Shown piece after piece: positions 29,484-39,579 of a stretch of 64,000 nt of DNA. Below the pieces are notes generated by a model that did not search any database, was not told the origin of the DNA, and saw only the letters and a program-made list of their open reading frames with translations. The stretch's first letter is position 1. The number at the start of each line of letters is the position of its first letter. The DNA comes from Candidatus Eiseniibacteriota bacterium (GTDB lineage: Bacteria > Eisenbacteria > RBG-16-71-46): NCBI GenBank assembly GCA_963725865.1, contig CAVSAC010000014.1, positions 896,001 to 960,000 on the forward strand, in the 5' to 3' direction. The position numbers were made by a program, and so were the translations under genes.

Positions 29484-30335
29484 TCAGCCGAAGCGGCCGG
29501 TGATGTAGTCCTCGGTCAGCTTGCGCGAGGGGCGCGTGAACAGCGCGGGGGTGAGCCCGTACTCGACCAGCTCGCCGCTCAGCATGAAGGCCGTGCGATC
29601 CGAGACGCGCGCCGCCTGCTGCATGTTGTGGGTGACGACCACCACGGTATAGCGCGCCCGCAGCTCGAGCACCAGCTCCTCGATGCGGGCGGTCGCGGTG
29701 GGGTCGAGCGCCGACGCCGGCTCGTCCATCAGCAGCACCTCGGGCTCCACCGCCAGGCAACGGGCGATGCACAACCGCTGCTGCTGTCCCCCCGAGAGGG
29801 TGAGCGCCGAGCGCTGGAGGCGGTCCTTGACCTCGTCCCACAGCGCCGCGCGGCGCAGGCTGTCCTCGACCCGCCACTCGATCGCCGCGCGGTCGGTGAC
29901 CCCGAGCATGCGAAGGCCGAACGCCACGTTCTCGGCGATCGCCTTGGGGAACGGGTTGGGCCGCTGGAACACCATGCCGACGCGCCGGCGCAGCTCCACC
30001 ACGTCGGTGCCGGGAGCCAGCGCTTCCTGGCCCGAGACCCGGATCGCGCCTTCGGTGCGCACGCCCGGGATCAGGTCGTTCATACGGTTGAACGCGCGCA
30101 GCAGCGTGCTCTTGCCACAGCCGGACGGGCCGATGATGGCGGTCACGCTGTTCGCCGGGATCGCGAGCGAGATCGACTTCAGCGCCTGGAGCGCGCCGTA
30201 GTAGAGGCTGAACTCCCGCGCCTCGAGCCGCGGAGGGGCGCCCGGCGCCGGCGGCGCCGCGTCGGGGCGGGCGGCGGGCGGCACCGGCGCCGCCAGGCGC
30301 GGGCCGCGCTCGCGATCTCGGGTCTCGTCGGGCAC
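29484..30335 (-). CDS. pstB: Phosphate ABC transporter ATP-binding protein
   Basis: [31 protein letters not shown] and [10 protein letters not shown]. Confidence 0.96.
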   Translation of the reverse strand: MPDETRDRERGPRLAAPVPPAARPDAAPPAPGAPPRLEAREFSLYYGALQALKSISLAIPANSVTAIIGPSGCGKSTLLRAFNRMNDLIPGVRTEGAIRVSGQEALAPGTDVVELRRRVGMVFQRPNPFPKAIAENVAFGLRMLGVTDRAAIEWRVEDSLRRAALWDEVKDRLQRSALTLSGGQQQRLCIARCLAVEPEVLLMDEPASALDPTATARIEELVLELRARYTVVVVTHNMQQAARVSDRTAFMLSGELVEYGLTPALFTRPSRKLTEDYITGRFG

Positions 30336-30366
30336 CGTCGTGGCCTCCGGGGAATCGACCGGCACG

Positions 30367-31314
30367 TCAGCTCCTGCCAGCGAGCCGCGCACGCAGGCGC
30401 GAGCGGATCAGGATGGCGGTCAGATTGAGAAGGAGCGTGAGCAGCAGCAGCACCAGCACGGTGCCGTAGAGCAGGGGCCGGGTGGCGTCGACGTCGGGGG
30501 ACTGGGTGGCCATCACGAACACGTGGTAGCCCAGCTCCATGAACTGGTCGGTCGGCGAGGTGGGCAGGTAGGGCAGGAAGTACGCGGCGCCGGTGAACAG
30601 GATCGGCGCCACCTCACCCGCTCCGCGCGCCACCGACAGGATGGCGCCGGTGAGGATGCCGGGCAGCGCCTGCGGCAGCAGCACGTGCCACAGCGTCTGC
30701 CAGCGCGAGGCGCCGAGCGCGAGCGCGGCCTCGCGCTGCTCGCGCGGCACGGTGCGCAGCGCCTCCTCGGTGGTCACGATCACGACCGGCAGGTTCAGCA
30801 GCGCGAGCGTCATCGCCGCCCACATCAGGCACGGCTGGCCCCAGACCACGTCGAGCCCGAGCGCGCGGTCCATCCCGCGACCCACGAACTGGACGAAGAA
30901 ACCAAGGCCGAACAATCCGAACACGATGCTCGGCACCCCCGCGAGGTTGTTCACCGCGAAGCGCACCAGTCGCGTGAACCACGCGTCGGCCCGCGCGTAT
31001 TCGTGCAGGTAGAGGGCGGCACCCACGCCGAACGGCACCAGCGCCACCACCATGAGCAGCACCAGTGCGGCGGTGCCGAACAGCGCCGGGAAGATGCCGC
31101 CCTGCGTCATGCCCGCGCGCGGCGCCGCGGTGAGGAACTCCCACGTCACGGTCCGCCAGCCGAACCACAGGATGTTCGCCAGGATCACCGCCACCATCAC
31201 CACGATCAGCAGCGCGGCCAGGCCCGACAGCCCGCTGAGCCCGCGCCCGGCGAGGTCGGCGCGCCGGGCGCGGGGCAGCGGTGCGAGCGCGGGGCGCAGC
31301 GACGCGGTGCTCAT
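30367..31314 (-). CDS. pstA: Phosphate ABC transporter permease PstA
   Basis: [24 protein letters not shown] and [10 protein letters not shown]. Confidence 0.95.
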   Translation of the reverse strand: MSTASLRPALAPLPRARRADLAGRGLSGLSGLAALLIVVMVAVILANILWFGWRTVTWEFLTAAPRAGMTQGGIFPALFGTAALVLLMVVALVPFGVGAALYLHEYARADAWFTRLVRFAVNNLAGVPSIVFGLFGLGFFVQFVGRGMDRALGLDVVWGQPCLMWAAMTLALLNLPVVIVTTEEALRTVPREQREAALALGASRWQTLWHVLLPQALPGILTGAILSVARGAGEVAPILFTGAAYFLPYLPTSPTDQFMELGYHVFVMATQSPDVDATRPLLYGTVLVLLLLTLLLNLTAILIRSRLRARLAGRS

Positions 31315-32270
31315 GCGCCTCCCAGGCTCCTGCGCAGGCGGTCCACGAACAACCCGGCGGCGACGTTGATCACGAACGTGATGGCGAACAGGAGCGCGCC
31401 AAGGAAGAAGAGCACGGAGTAGTGCGCGCTCCCGAACACCACCTCGGCCAGCTCCGCGGCGATGCTGGCCGACAGCGTGCGGACCGAGTCGAAGGGGCTG
31501 CCCGAGACGATGGCCGCGTTGCCCGAGGCCATCAGCACGATCATGGTCTCGCCGACCGCGCGCGCCAGCCCGAGCAGCACGCCCGCCGCCACGCCGGCCG
31601 AGGCTGCGGGCAGCACCACGTGCCACGCCGTCTGCCACGGCGTCGCCCCGAGCGCGAGCGACGCCTCGCGGTAGGACTTCGGCACCGCGCGCAGGGCGTC
31701 CTCGGCGATCGTGAACAGCGTCGGCAGCACGCCGAGCCCGAGCGCGATCCCGGCGACCACGGCATTGAGGCGCGAGGTCGCGCCGGTCACCGACTGCACC
31801 CAGGTCGCGAGCACCATCAGTCCGAAGAAGCCGAGCACCACCGACGGGATCCCCGCCAGCAGCTCGACCGCCGGCTTCAGCGCCTCGCGCACGCGGGGAG
31901 GCGCGAACTCCGACGCGAACAGCGCCGCGAGCACCCCGACCGGAGTGGCGAACAGCATCGCCACCACCACGACCTTGAAGGTCCCGACCAGGAGCGGCAG
32001 CAGCCCGTACTTGGGCACCGTGCCCACCGGCTGCCACACGTCGGTGGCGACCAGCCGCGACAGCCCGGCCTCCGCGCGGATCGCGGGATCGGTGAGCACC
32101 GGCAGCGCCTCGCGCAGCACGAACACCACGATCAAGGCCAGCCCCGCGACGGCGCCGAACGCGCACACCCGCAGCAGCCCCGCGAGCACCGCCTCCTGCA
32201 CCCGGCGCGCCCGGCGCGCGACGGCGCCGGGGACCAGCAGCGCGGGAGCGGGGCGCAGGGCGTCGGACAT
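31311..32270 (-). CDS. pstC: Phosphate ABC transporter permease PstC
   Basis: ELLAGIPSVVLG and RAVGETMIVLMASGN. Confidence 0.95.
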   Translation of the reverse strand: MSDALRPAPALLVPGAVARRARRVQEAVLAGLLRVCAFGAVAGLALIVVFVLREALPVLTDPAIRAEAGLSRLVATDVWQPVGTVPKYGLLPLLVGTFKVVVVAMLFATPVGVLAALFASEFAPPRVREALKPAVELLAGIPSVVLGFFGLMVLATWVQSVTGATSRLNAVVAGIALGLGVLPTLFTIAEDALRAVPKSYREASLALGATPWQTAWHVVLPAASAGVAAGVLLGLARAVGETMIVLMASGNAAIVSGSPFDSVRTLSASIAAELAEVVFGSAHYSVLFFLGALLFAITFVINVAAGLFVDRLRRSLGGA

Positions 32271-33124
32271 CAGTGGACCGGGAAGTAGCCGACCGCGGTC
32301 ACGACCGCCTGGCCGGAATCCGAGAGCGCGTAGTCGGTGAAGCTCGCCATCAGTCCCGCGGGCGCCGTCCGCGCGTAGAAGTACAGCGCGCGCGCCAGCG
32401 GGTACGAGCCGTCGTTGACGCTCGCCAGGCTGGGCAGCACCGCGGGGCCGGACGCGTCGGTCCGCAGCGCGAGGTCGCGCACGCCCGTCGCGTACGCGGC
32501 GCCCCCGTAGCCGATGCCGCTCGGGTCCTGCGCGACCGCGTTGACCACCGCAGCGGTGCCCGGCAGCGTCTGCATGGCGGCGGTGTAGTCGGCGCCCTTG
32601 AGCACGTGCTCCTTGAAGAACACGTACGTGCCCGAGCTGTTCTCGCGTCCGTAGAGCGTGATGTGGCCGGACGTGCCGCCGAGTTCCGTCCAGTCGGTGA
32701 TGGAGCCGACGTAGATGCCGCGCAGCTGGTCGAGCGTGACCGCCTTCACCGGATTGGCGTCGTTCACGTAGATCGAGATGCCGTCCCGTGCGACCACGAT
32801 CACGTGGGCGCGGGCGCCGAACTTGCTCTGGATGGTCGAGTCCTCGCGCGGCTCGATCGGCCGGGAGGCCATGCAGAGGTCGGTGGTGCCGTTGATGAGC
32901 GCGGCGATGCCGGTGCCCGAGCCGCCGCCGGTGACCTGGACGCGCTCGCCGGGGTGGGTGGCCATGTAGCGTTCGGCCCAGCGCTGCACCAGCAGCACCA
33001 TGGTGTCGGAGCCCTTGATGGTGAGGTCCTCCACGCGCGGGTGGCGCGCGCACTGCGTGAGCACGAGCGCGGCGAACAAGCCGAGCGCCAGCAGCCCGAG
33101 GCGGATGGTGGTGCGGGACGACAT
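32270..33124 (-). CDS. pstS: Phosphate-binding protein PstS, copy 2 (possible lipoprotein)
   Basis: IKGSDT, GGGSGTG and RENSSGTY; signal peptide ending LVLTQC. Confidence 0.92.
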   Translation of the reverse strand: MSSRTTIRLGLLALGLFAALVLTQCARHPRVEDLTIKGSDTMVLLVQRWAERYMATHPGERVQVTGGGSGTGIAALINGTTDLCMASRPIEPREDSTIQSKFGARAHVIVVARDGISIYVNDANPVKAVTLDQLRGIYVGSITDWTELGGTSGHITLYGRENSSGTYVFFKEHVLKGADYTAAMQTLPGTAAVVNAVAQDPSGIGYGGAAYATGVRDLALRTDASGPAVLPSLASVNDGSYPLARALYFYARTAPAGLMASFTDYALSDSGQAVVTAVGYFPVH

Positions 33125-33133
33125 GACAGCCTC

Positions 33134-33982
33134 CTAGTGCAGCGGGAAGTACCCGACCTCGGTCGCGAGCGATTGGCCGGCGGGCGAGAGCACCCAGTCC
33201 ACGAATGCCTTCGCGGGCCCGGCCGGCTTGACGCGGGCGTAGAGGTAGAGCGAGCGGGTGATGGGATACGAGCCGTCGCGCACGGTGGCGGCGCTGGGCG
33301 CGACGGCGGGCGTGGCGGCGTCCACCTTCACGCCCAGCTCGCGCACGCCCCGGGCGTAGGCGGCGCCGCCGTAGCCGATGCCGTTGGGGTCGTTCGCCAC
33401 CGCGTTCACCACCGCGGCGGTGCCGGGCAGGGTCTGTGTGCGCGCCGCGTAGTCGCGGCCGAGCAGCACGTTGTCCTTGAAGTACACGTAGGTGCCCGAG
33501 CTGTTCTCGCGCCCGTAGAGCACGATGATCGCGTCGCGGCCGCCGACCTGCTTCCAGTTCGTGAACTGGCCGGTGTAGATCGCGCGCAGCTGCTCGATGG
33601 AGAGCGCCTGCACCGGATTCGCCTCGTTCACGTAGACCGAGAGGCCGTCCTTGGCGACCGCGATCTCGACGCCCATCGACTGGAAACGGTCCCGGAGCTT
33701 CATCCGCTCGTCGGGCTTCATCGGGCGCGAGGCCATGCAGAGATCGGTGGTGCCGTTGATGAGCGCCGCGATCCCGGTGCCCGAGCCGCCGCCCGTGACC
33801 TGCACGATCGCGCCGGGGTGCTCGTTCATGTAGGTCTCGGCCCAGCGCTGCACCAGGATCACCATGGTGTCCGAGCCCTTGATCGTGAGTCCGCGGCCCG
33901 CGTGGGCCACCGGGGCGAGCGCCACGACTGCGGTGAGTCCGGCGAGCGCGCATGCGAAGGCGAACGGGCGGAACGGCGTCAT
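33134..33982 (-). CDS. pstS: Phosphate-binding protein PstS, copy 1
   Basis: IKGSDT, GGGSGTG and RENSSGTY; SPI-type signal ending AHA. Confidence 0.92.
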   Translation of the reverse strand: MTPFRPFAFACALAGLTAVVALAPVAHAGRGLTIKGSDTMVILVQRWAETYMNEHPGAIVQVTGGGSGTGIAALINGTTDLCMASRPMKPDERMKLRDRFQSMGVEIAVAKDGLSVYVNEANPVQALSIEQLRAIYTGQFTNWKQVGGRDAIIVLYGRENSSGTYVYFKDNVLLGRDYAARTQTLPGTAAVVNAVANDPNGIGYGGAAYARGVRELGVKVDAATPAVAPSAATVRDGSYPITRSLYLYARVKPAGPAKAFVDWVLSPAGQSLATEVGYFPLH

Positions 33983-33993
33983 GAGTCGGGCTC

Positions 33994-35241
33994 CTAGTAC
34001 TTGTGCTGGACCTGGACGGTCCAGAGGTTGTCGTGCGGATCGACGGAGCGGCCCGCCACCGGCGCTTCGGTGCGGGGCGCGTCGTAGGACGCGGTGACGC
34101 GGGTGAGCCCGCCCCAGAACCAGCTCGCGCCGGCGCCGATCCGCTCGTACTGGTCGTGCGCCGCGTCCGTGTTCGGGTCGTACCAGTCGTAGCGCCCGGC
34201 GAGCTGGAACTGCTCGCCGAGGTTCTGCACCCACATCACGTAGCCGCCCTGCGCGTCGGTGGCGAAGTGATCGAGTCGCGCGCCCGCGGCGAGCAGCCGG
34301 CCGGCGGAGCTGGTGGCCGTGAACGCCTTCACCGAGTCCGGGTTGACCTCCTGGCCGGCGTAGTACTCGCCCTTCAGGCTGCCCCCGCCCACCACCGGCA
34401 GCTGGTAGTAGCCCTGGACGTCGAACCCGATGCGCGTCTTGTCGGACTCCACATCGGGTCCGGTGAGCGCGGTGAGCTGGCGTCCGCGGTACCAGGACAC
34501 CGCGCCGTCGAGCTGGCCCTGCGCGTAGCGGATCCGCGCGACGAAGTCCTTCGCGCGGGTCGGATCGGTGTTCGGGAAGTCGGCGCTGTTGATCCCACCG
34601 CCGTTGAGGATCCCGACCACGGTCTCGAGCCGGGGGGTCCACTGGCTGACCAGCTTCACGCCGCGGTCGCGCTCGCCGGAGAACAGCACGTTCTCGGCGC
34701 GCGAGCGTTCGGGCAGCTCGCGCACGCTCGAGGAGCGCTCGATCTCGTAGCCGAACGGCACGTTCATCTGGCCGATCGTCACCCGGTGCGCGTGCAGGGG
34801 CGTCCACGGATCGAGCAGCGTGACGTACGCCTCGAGCAGGCGGACCGTGCGGTCCTGCCCGCCGTCGACGTACACCACCGCCTCGCTGTACGGCCCGCCG
34901 TCGTAGGTGAGCTTCAGGCGCGCGCGGCGGATGTAGAACCGTGCGACGTTCGCCGGCGTGATCACCGCCGGGTCGCCCTTCACCTTCACCGAGTCGCGCT
35001 GGTTCTCGGACGACTCCCAGCGGCTCTGGACGTAGCCCGAGAGCCTGAACTTCTTGAGCTTGTCGAGGTCGGCCTGCAGCGACTGGAACTGCTCGGTCAT
35101 GCCGTCGAGATCGCCGCGCAGCAGGGCCAGGCGCCCGCGTAACGCCGCGAGCGAATCGGCGCCGGCGTCCTGCGCGAACGCCGCCGCGGGCAGCAGCACG
35201 AGCCCGAGCGCCGTGGCGGCGACGGTGGATCGGATGTTCAC
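33994..35241 (-). CDS. Phosphate-selective porin (OprO/OprP-like)
   Basis: Signal peptide plus coiled coil; SGYVQ, FYIRRARL, GQMNVPFG.E and ERS...RDRG; C-terminal aromatic; directly upstream of pstS. Confidence 0.85.
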   Translation of the reverse strand: MNIRSTVAATALGLVLLPAAAFAQDAGADSLAALRGRLALLRGDLDGMTEQFQSLQADLDKLKKFRLSGYVQSRWESSENQRDSVKVKGDPAVITPANVARFYIRRARLKLTYDGGPYSEAVVYVDGGQDRTVRLLEAYVTLLDPWTPLHAHRVTIGQMNVPFGYEIERSSSVRELPERSRAENVLFSGERDRGVKLVSQWTPRLETVVGILNGGGINSADFPNTDPTRAKDFVARIRYAQGQLDGAVSWYRGRQLTALTGPDVESDKTRIGFDVQGYYQLPVVGGGSLKGEYYAGQEVNPDSVKAFTATSSAGRLLAAGARLDHFATDAQGGYVMWVQNLGEQFQLAGRYDWYDPNTDAAHDQYERIGAGASWFWGGLTRVTASYDAPRTEAPVAGRSVDPHDNLWTVQVQHKY

Positions 35242-35314
35242 GTGCGCGGGTCCTCCGTTCGCGGGCCCCCGCTGGGACGGCGGATCGGGGCGCGGGGCGC
35301 TACGAGTGGGGTTG

Positions 35315-35369
35315 ACGGTATCCGTCCCGGGTTGCCGGAACGTGGCCGCGGTGTTTCCGCGGCGTGAAC
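35315..35369 (-). promoter_or_regulatory. PHO-box-like array plus -10 box for the porin-pst operon
   Basis: Minus strand 11-nt units GTTCACgccgc/GGAAACaccgc/GGCCACgttcc/GGCAACccggg, then TACCGT. Confidence 0.65.
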
Positions 35370-35386
35370 GTCGCGGGCGAGCGGTC

Positions 35387-35743
35387 TCACTCGGCGAGGT
35401 GGAGGCCGCGGCCTGCGCGAGGCACGCGCTGGCGCCGCGTGCGCAGCGACCGCCGGCGCGCGGCCATCACGATCTCGGCGTAGTCGATCCCGGCGGTGGC
35501 GACCGCGGCTCGCCACGATCCGAACATGCGGCGGGCGCGGGCGTAGAGCGCGCTGTGCCGCTCGTGGATGCGGAACAGCCCGTCGTCGCGCCGGGCGAGG
35601 TCGCGGATGCGTTGCAGCACCGCCTCGGGGGTCATGAGCGCGGGCCGGCCCGGCGCACGGCGCGACGCCGCCCCGACCCGAGAAGCCGCCCGCGGATCGC
35701 GGCCCACGGTGCGGAATGACGGCGTCTCGGAAGCGAGGGACAT
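35387..35743 (-). CDS. Small basic putative DNA-binding protein (FGSW.AA..AAG motif, HNH-associated-repeat-like)
   Basis: SD AGGAG before the ATG at 35743; GRPALMTPEAVLQRIRDL...LYARARRMFGSWRAAVATAGIDY. Confidence 0.7.
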   Translation of the reverse strand: MSLASETPSFRTVGRDPRAASRVGAASRRAPGRPALMTPEAVLQRIRDLARRDDGLFRIHERHSALYARARRMFGSWRAAVATAGIDYAEIVMAARRRSLRTRRQRVPRAGRGLHLAE

Positions 35744-35792
35744 CGGCGTCTCCTGGTCGTCCGGTCGGGGGGCCCGGCACGTGCAGCAGGAG

Positions 35793-35832
35793 ATCATGCC
35801 GGACGTGACCGCGGAGTTACGGCAACGTGGCC
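35793..35832 (-). promoter_or_regulatory. PHO-box-like array upstream of the 35743 gene
   Basis: Minus strand GGCCACgttgc/CGTAACtccgc/GGTCACgtccg, then CATGAT (possible -10). Confidence 0.5.
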
Positions 35833-35923
35833 GGAAGGAAAACTTCGTCAACCTCGTGATCGCGCCGTCGCGCGGCCGACGGCGTCGCGAGGCCGGCCCC
35901 CCTCGCTCCGCGGGAGGCGGCGC

Positions 35924-36619
35924 TCAGTCCTTCACGCTGTAGATCTTGAACGCGCCTTTGCGCTCGGCGATGGAGCGGATCCAATCGAGCCGCTCGAGCT
36001 GGCCGAGCTCGTTCCGCGCGATCAGCGTGACGCGGTCGTGGAGGGCGAAATTCCGATAGCGCGTCGCGGGTGCGATCGCCTCGAAGCGCACGTACTCCAG
36101 GAAGCGCCCTCCGTGATCGCGGAGCGCAATGCCGCACCCGCCGCGGAGCCGCGCCCCGAGGATCCTCCACCCATCCTGCCACTCCAGCCCGGTGGCCGGA
36201 CGGCTCTGCGGGAACTCGCGCCACAGGATGTCCCGGAACTCGCTGTCGGCGACGCAGAGGGCGAGCAGCGAGTCGCGCTGCTGGTGATGCAGTGCGCGAC
36301 AGACCCGGCGCCCGAGCTCGTCGAGGCTACGCGCCCCGCCGTGGAAGCGTTGGCGCACCAGCGGCGAGCCGGTCCGCCGCCCGAGGACCACGGCGAGGGA
36401 TTCGGGGTCGTGTGCGGGGCGATAGCCCGGCGAGTCCTTCACCGAGGGCCGCCGCGCGGTGGCCGCCGTGGCGGGTGCGGCGGGCGTGGCGGGCGTGGGG
36501 TTCGAGCCCTGCGCCCACGCCACCGCGACGACCAGCAGGCTGGCGGCGGCCAACCCCAGCGTGGCCCGGGCGCCGTCCCGAACGCGCGCGCCGGCGCGAG
36601 ACGTCCGATGCGCGCTCAT
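35924..36619 (-). CDS. Hypothetical exported protein
   Basis: ATG overlaps the TBDR stop (ATGA); signal-like segment ending AWA; Pro/Ala/Thr linker; globular domain with EFRDILWREFPQSRP. Confidence 0.7.
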   Translation of the reverse strand: MSAHRTSRAGARVRDGARATLGLAAASLLVVAVAWAQGSNPTPATPAAPATAATARRPSVKDSPGYRPAHDPESLAVVLGRRTGSPLVRQRFHGGARSLDELGRRVCRALHHQQRDSLLALCVADSEFRDILWREFPQSRPATGLEWQDGWRILGARLRGGCGIALRDHGGRFLEYVRFEAIAPATRYRNFALHDRVTLIARNELGQLERLDWIRSIAERKGAFKIYSVKD

Positions 36620-39462
36620 GAGCCGAAGGAGAACGCCAGCGAGTAGGTGCGGCCGCTGCGGTAGCCGGTGACCTCGCGCCCGCCCTGGAGTCGCTGGATG
36701 CGCGGGTCGAGCAGGTTGCGCGCCGACAGCTTCAGGCGGGTGCCGCGGACGGGCGCGACACCCAGCGTTGCGTCGAGGCTGGCGCTCGGCCGCTCGTAGA
36801 CGTCCCCGATCGCCTTCAGCCCGAGCGCCTCGAGGCGCTTGCCCACCGCGCTCATCAGCACGGACGCGTCCACGCGCCCGCTCGCCGAGGTGTAGCCCAG
36901 CGCGCCGTTCACGACGTAGGCGGCCTGGCCCTGGAGCGGGTGCTGCTGCGAGCCGTATGCCGTGAGCTGCGGCTTGAGACGAATCCGGGTGGAGATGAAG
37001 GACGCGTTCGTGTTGAGCGAGAAGCGGCTCAGCGCGGGCGCCAGGCGGCCGAGTCCGGTGCGCGCTTCGAGCTCCACGCCGAGGTTGCGGCCGCGGTCCG
37101 AGTTGTACGGCTTGAGCCCCATCGGGGTGGACGCTTCGAGCACCTGCTCGATCGGCTCGCTCAGGCGCTTGTAGAAGAAGCCCGCGGCCAGCACCTCCGA
37201 GAGCGATGGGAACGCTTCGATCCTCATGTCGTAATTCTCGATCAGCGTGCGGCTCAGGTGAGGATTCCCCATTTGCTGGAAGCCGCCGATGTACTCGAAC
37301 GCGGGGCTCGTGGAGAGCTCGTTGAGGTCCGGGCGCGACAGCGTCCGACTCGCCGCGACGCGCAGGTTGACGTCGTGCCTCACCGCCCAGGTCAGGTTGG
37401 CCGAGGGCAGCCAATCGGTGCGCGCGTAGCCGCCCTGGTCGACGATGCGAGTCGGGTTGAACAGGTCGAAGCTGCGGACTTCCTGGGTGCCGCGCTCGGC
37501 GCGCACCCCGAGGGTCGCGCGCAGCGCTCCACCGAGCGGCACGTCTGCGCTCAGGTAGCCCGCGCGGACCATCTGTCGCGCGTGGTAGTTGTCCTGGGGC
37601 AGCGTGGCCTCGTCCACGTAGGCGCTGCCGGGCGTGCCGTCGAAGGCCCCGGGACCGAACAGCGTCTCGGGCGGCGCGCCGGGATCGGCGTTGGCGTTCG
37701 GGTAGAAGTTGAACCGCCGGTAGAAGTTCTCGCGCCGCTTGCTCTGGCGGTCGTATCCGACCACCCACTTGCCGCGCCCGAGGCCGCCGAGGCGATAGGG
37801 GACGGCGGTGCTGGCGCTCGCGCCCCACCCGTCGTCGCGCAGGTCGCCGAACTCGCGCCGGCCGGTCGAGCCCGACCAGTTGTCCACGAGATTCCCGGTG
37901 CCGTCGTCGTAGGGGTGATAGCTGTAGGAGGTCTCGCGCCGGTCGGGTTGCTGCCGTCGCGCGCGCGAGCGGCTCAGCTGCCAGTCGACGGTCGCCCCCA
38001 GCACGTGCTCGAATTCGTGCTTGCCCCCGAGGTTGGCCGAGAGCACGTCGCGCTCGATGTACATCAGGCGGGTATCGCGGTGGACCAGCCACGTCCCCGT
38101 CGTGGCTTCCACCTGGTTGTGGTCCTGCCCCTCGTAGGTGCGGACCTCGTCGTCCGCGCTGTGGGTCCAGAGCCCGCGCAGATGGAGGGTGTGCTGCGGC
38201 GAGAGCCGGTAGCTGAGGCCGGTCACCCCGCCGAGCTGCGCCGACTCCTTCGACCAGTGGACCGCGTAGTCCGTGAGCGTGTCGCGTTCGTTCGGGAACA
38301 GACGCTGGGACTCGTCCTGCGCGTCGAAGGAGCGCGACAGGCTGCCGGACGCGATCACGCCCAGGGAGCGGCCGAGCAGCTGGTACTCGTCGCCGAAGGC
38401 GGCGGAGTAGCCGGCATTGGGGATGGCTCGGGCCGTGGTCGGCGACCACACGTCGTGGAACGCGCCCGCGATGGCCGCGAGCGTGCCGCGGGTGAAGAAG
38501 CCGCGCGCCGGGTTGCCTTCGCGCAGCTGCCGGTCGCCGGCGAGGTCGAACACCGCATCGGGGATCTTCCGCGCGCCGCTACCGAAGCCGAACAGGTCGG
38601 AGCGCGAACCGCGGTAGGTGCGCACGCGCTGGAACGTGACGCCCTCGGCGTAGCCCTGCGAGACCGAGAACGACCAGGTGCGCTCGCCGGGGAAGTCCTT
38701 GGTGTGGACCTGGACGTCTCCCCCGCCGAACTCGCCCGGCCGGTCGGCGGTGTAGGTCTTCTGCACCACGATGTTGTCGAGCAGGCTGGCGGGGAAGAGA
38801 TCGAGCGGCACGACGCGCTTGTTCTGCTCCGGGCTCGCGATGCGCACGCCGTCCACCTCGGTCGAGCTGTAGCGCTCGCCGAGCCCGCGCACGAACACGA
38901 ACTTCCCGCTCGAGACGGACAGCCCCGTGACGCGGCGCAGCACTTCGCCGGCGTCCTTGTCGGGGGAGCGGCGCACCTGCTCGGCGCTGACGGCGTCCCC
39001 CACCGCGACGGCCTTCCGGCGGACCGCGAGCAGGGCGCTCTCCGTGTTCTGCCGCAGGGCCGCCTCGACCACGACCTCCTGCTGCTGGATCGCCGCCGGG
39101 TCGAGCGCGGCGCTGATGGGCAGCAGCTGGCCGGGCTCGATGCGGATCCCCTCGATGCGCTTGCGGGCGTAGGACATGGCGCGGAACTCGAGCGCGTACA
39201 GGCCCGGCGCGGCCTCGATCAGGAACGTGCCGTCGCCATTCGTCATCGCGCCGATGCGGCGCAGCGTGGTGTCGGTCGGGACCAGTCGCACGTCTGCGAA
39301 GCCGAGCGGCTCGCCGGTGTCGGTCGCGACGAGCCGGCCTTGGACCTTGCCGATCGGGGCGGCGGCCGCCGCGCGGGCGCCGGGGCATCCGACCAAGAAC
39401 GCGAGGGCGATGACGAACGACCACGTGGAGAGAGCGAGCAGCGGGTCTGCCTTGCGACGCAT
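36616..39462 (-). CDS. TonB-dependent receptor with N-terminal carboxypeptidase-regulatory-like domain
   Basis: DTGEPL, EVVVEA, RVTGLSV...VRGLGERY, LDLFP..LLDNIVVQKTY, GNPHL and ARNLLD. Confidence 0.93.
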   Translation of the reverse strand: MRRKADPLLALSTWSFVIALAFLVGCPGARAAAAAPIGKVQGRLVATDTGEPLGFADVRLVPTDTTLRRIGAMTNGDGTFLIEAAPGLYALEFRAMSYARKRIEGIRIEPGQLLPISAALDPAAIQQQEVVVEAALRQNTESALLAVRRKAVAVGDAVSAEQVRRSPDKDAGEVLRRVTGLSVSSGKFVFVRGLGERYSSTEVDGVRIASPEQNKRVVPLDLFPASLLDNIVVQKTYTADRPGEFGGGDVQVHTKDFPGERTWSFSVSQGYAEGVTFQRVRTYRGSRSDLFGFGSGARKIPDAVFDLAGDRQLREGNPARGFFTRGTLAAIAGAFHDVWSPTTARAIPNAGYSAAFGDEYQLLGRSLGVIASGSLSRSFDAQDESQRLFPNERDTLTDYAVHWSKESAQLGGVTGLSYRLSPQHTLHLRGLWTHSADDEVRTYEGQDHNQVEATTGTWLVHRDTRLMYIERDVLSANLGGKHEFEHVLGATVDWQLSRSRARRQQPDRRETSYSYHPYDDGTGNLVDNWSGSTGRREFGDLRDDGWGASASTAVPYRLGGLGRGKWVVGYDRQSKRRENFYRRFNFYPNANADPGAPPETLFGPGAFDGTPGSAYVDEATLPQDNYHARQMVRAGYLSADVPLGGALRATLGVRAERGTQEVRSFDLFNPTRIVDQGGYARTDWLPSANLTWAVRHDVNLRVAASRTLSRPDLNELSTSPAFEYIGGFQQMGNPHLSRTLIENYDMRIEAFPSLSEVLAAGFFYKRLSEPIEQVLEASTPMGLKPYNSDRGRNLGVELEARTGLGRLAPALSRFSLNTNASFISTRIRLKPQLTAYGSQQHPLQGQAAYVVNGALGYTSASGRVDASVLMSAVGKRLEALGLKAIGDVYERPSASLDATLGVAPVRGTRLKLSARNLLDPRIQRLQGGREVTGYRSGRTYSLAFSFGS

Positions 39463-39528
39463 CGGTTCATCCTCCGGGGAAGGGAAGGTGCTCAGTTCCT
39501 CGGGTTCGATTTGCGGCCTCCGCGCCGA

Positions 39529-39560
39529 GACCCGGCCGCGACGCGGCTCGCGACCGGGTC
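39529..39560 (-). other. Intercistronic stem-loop
   Basis: Minus strand gacccggtcgcga-gccgcg-tcgcggccgggtc; the one non-WC pair is a U-G wobble only on the minus strand. Confidence 0.45.
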
Positions 39561-39579
39561 GGCCCGGAACCGCCGGGTT

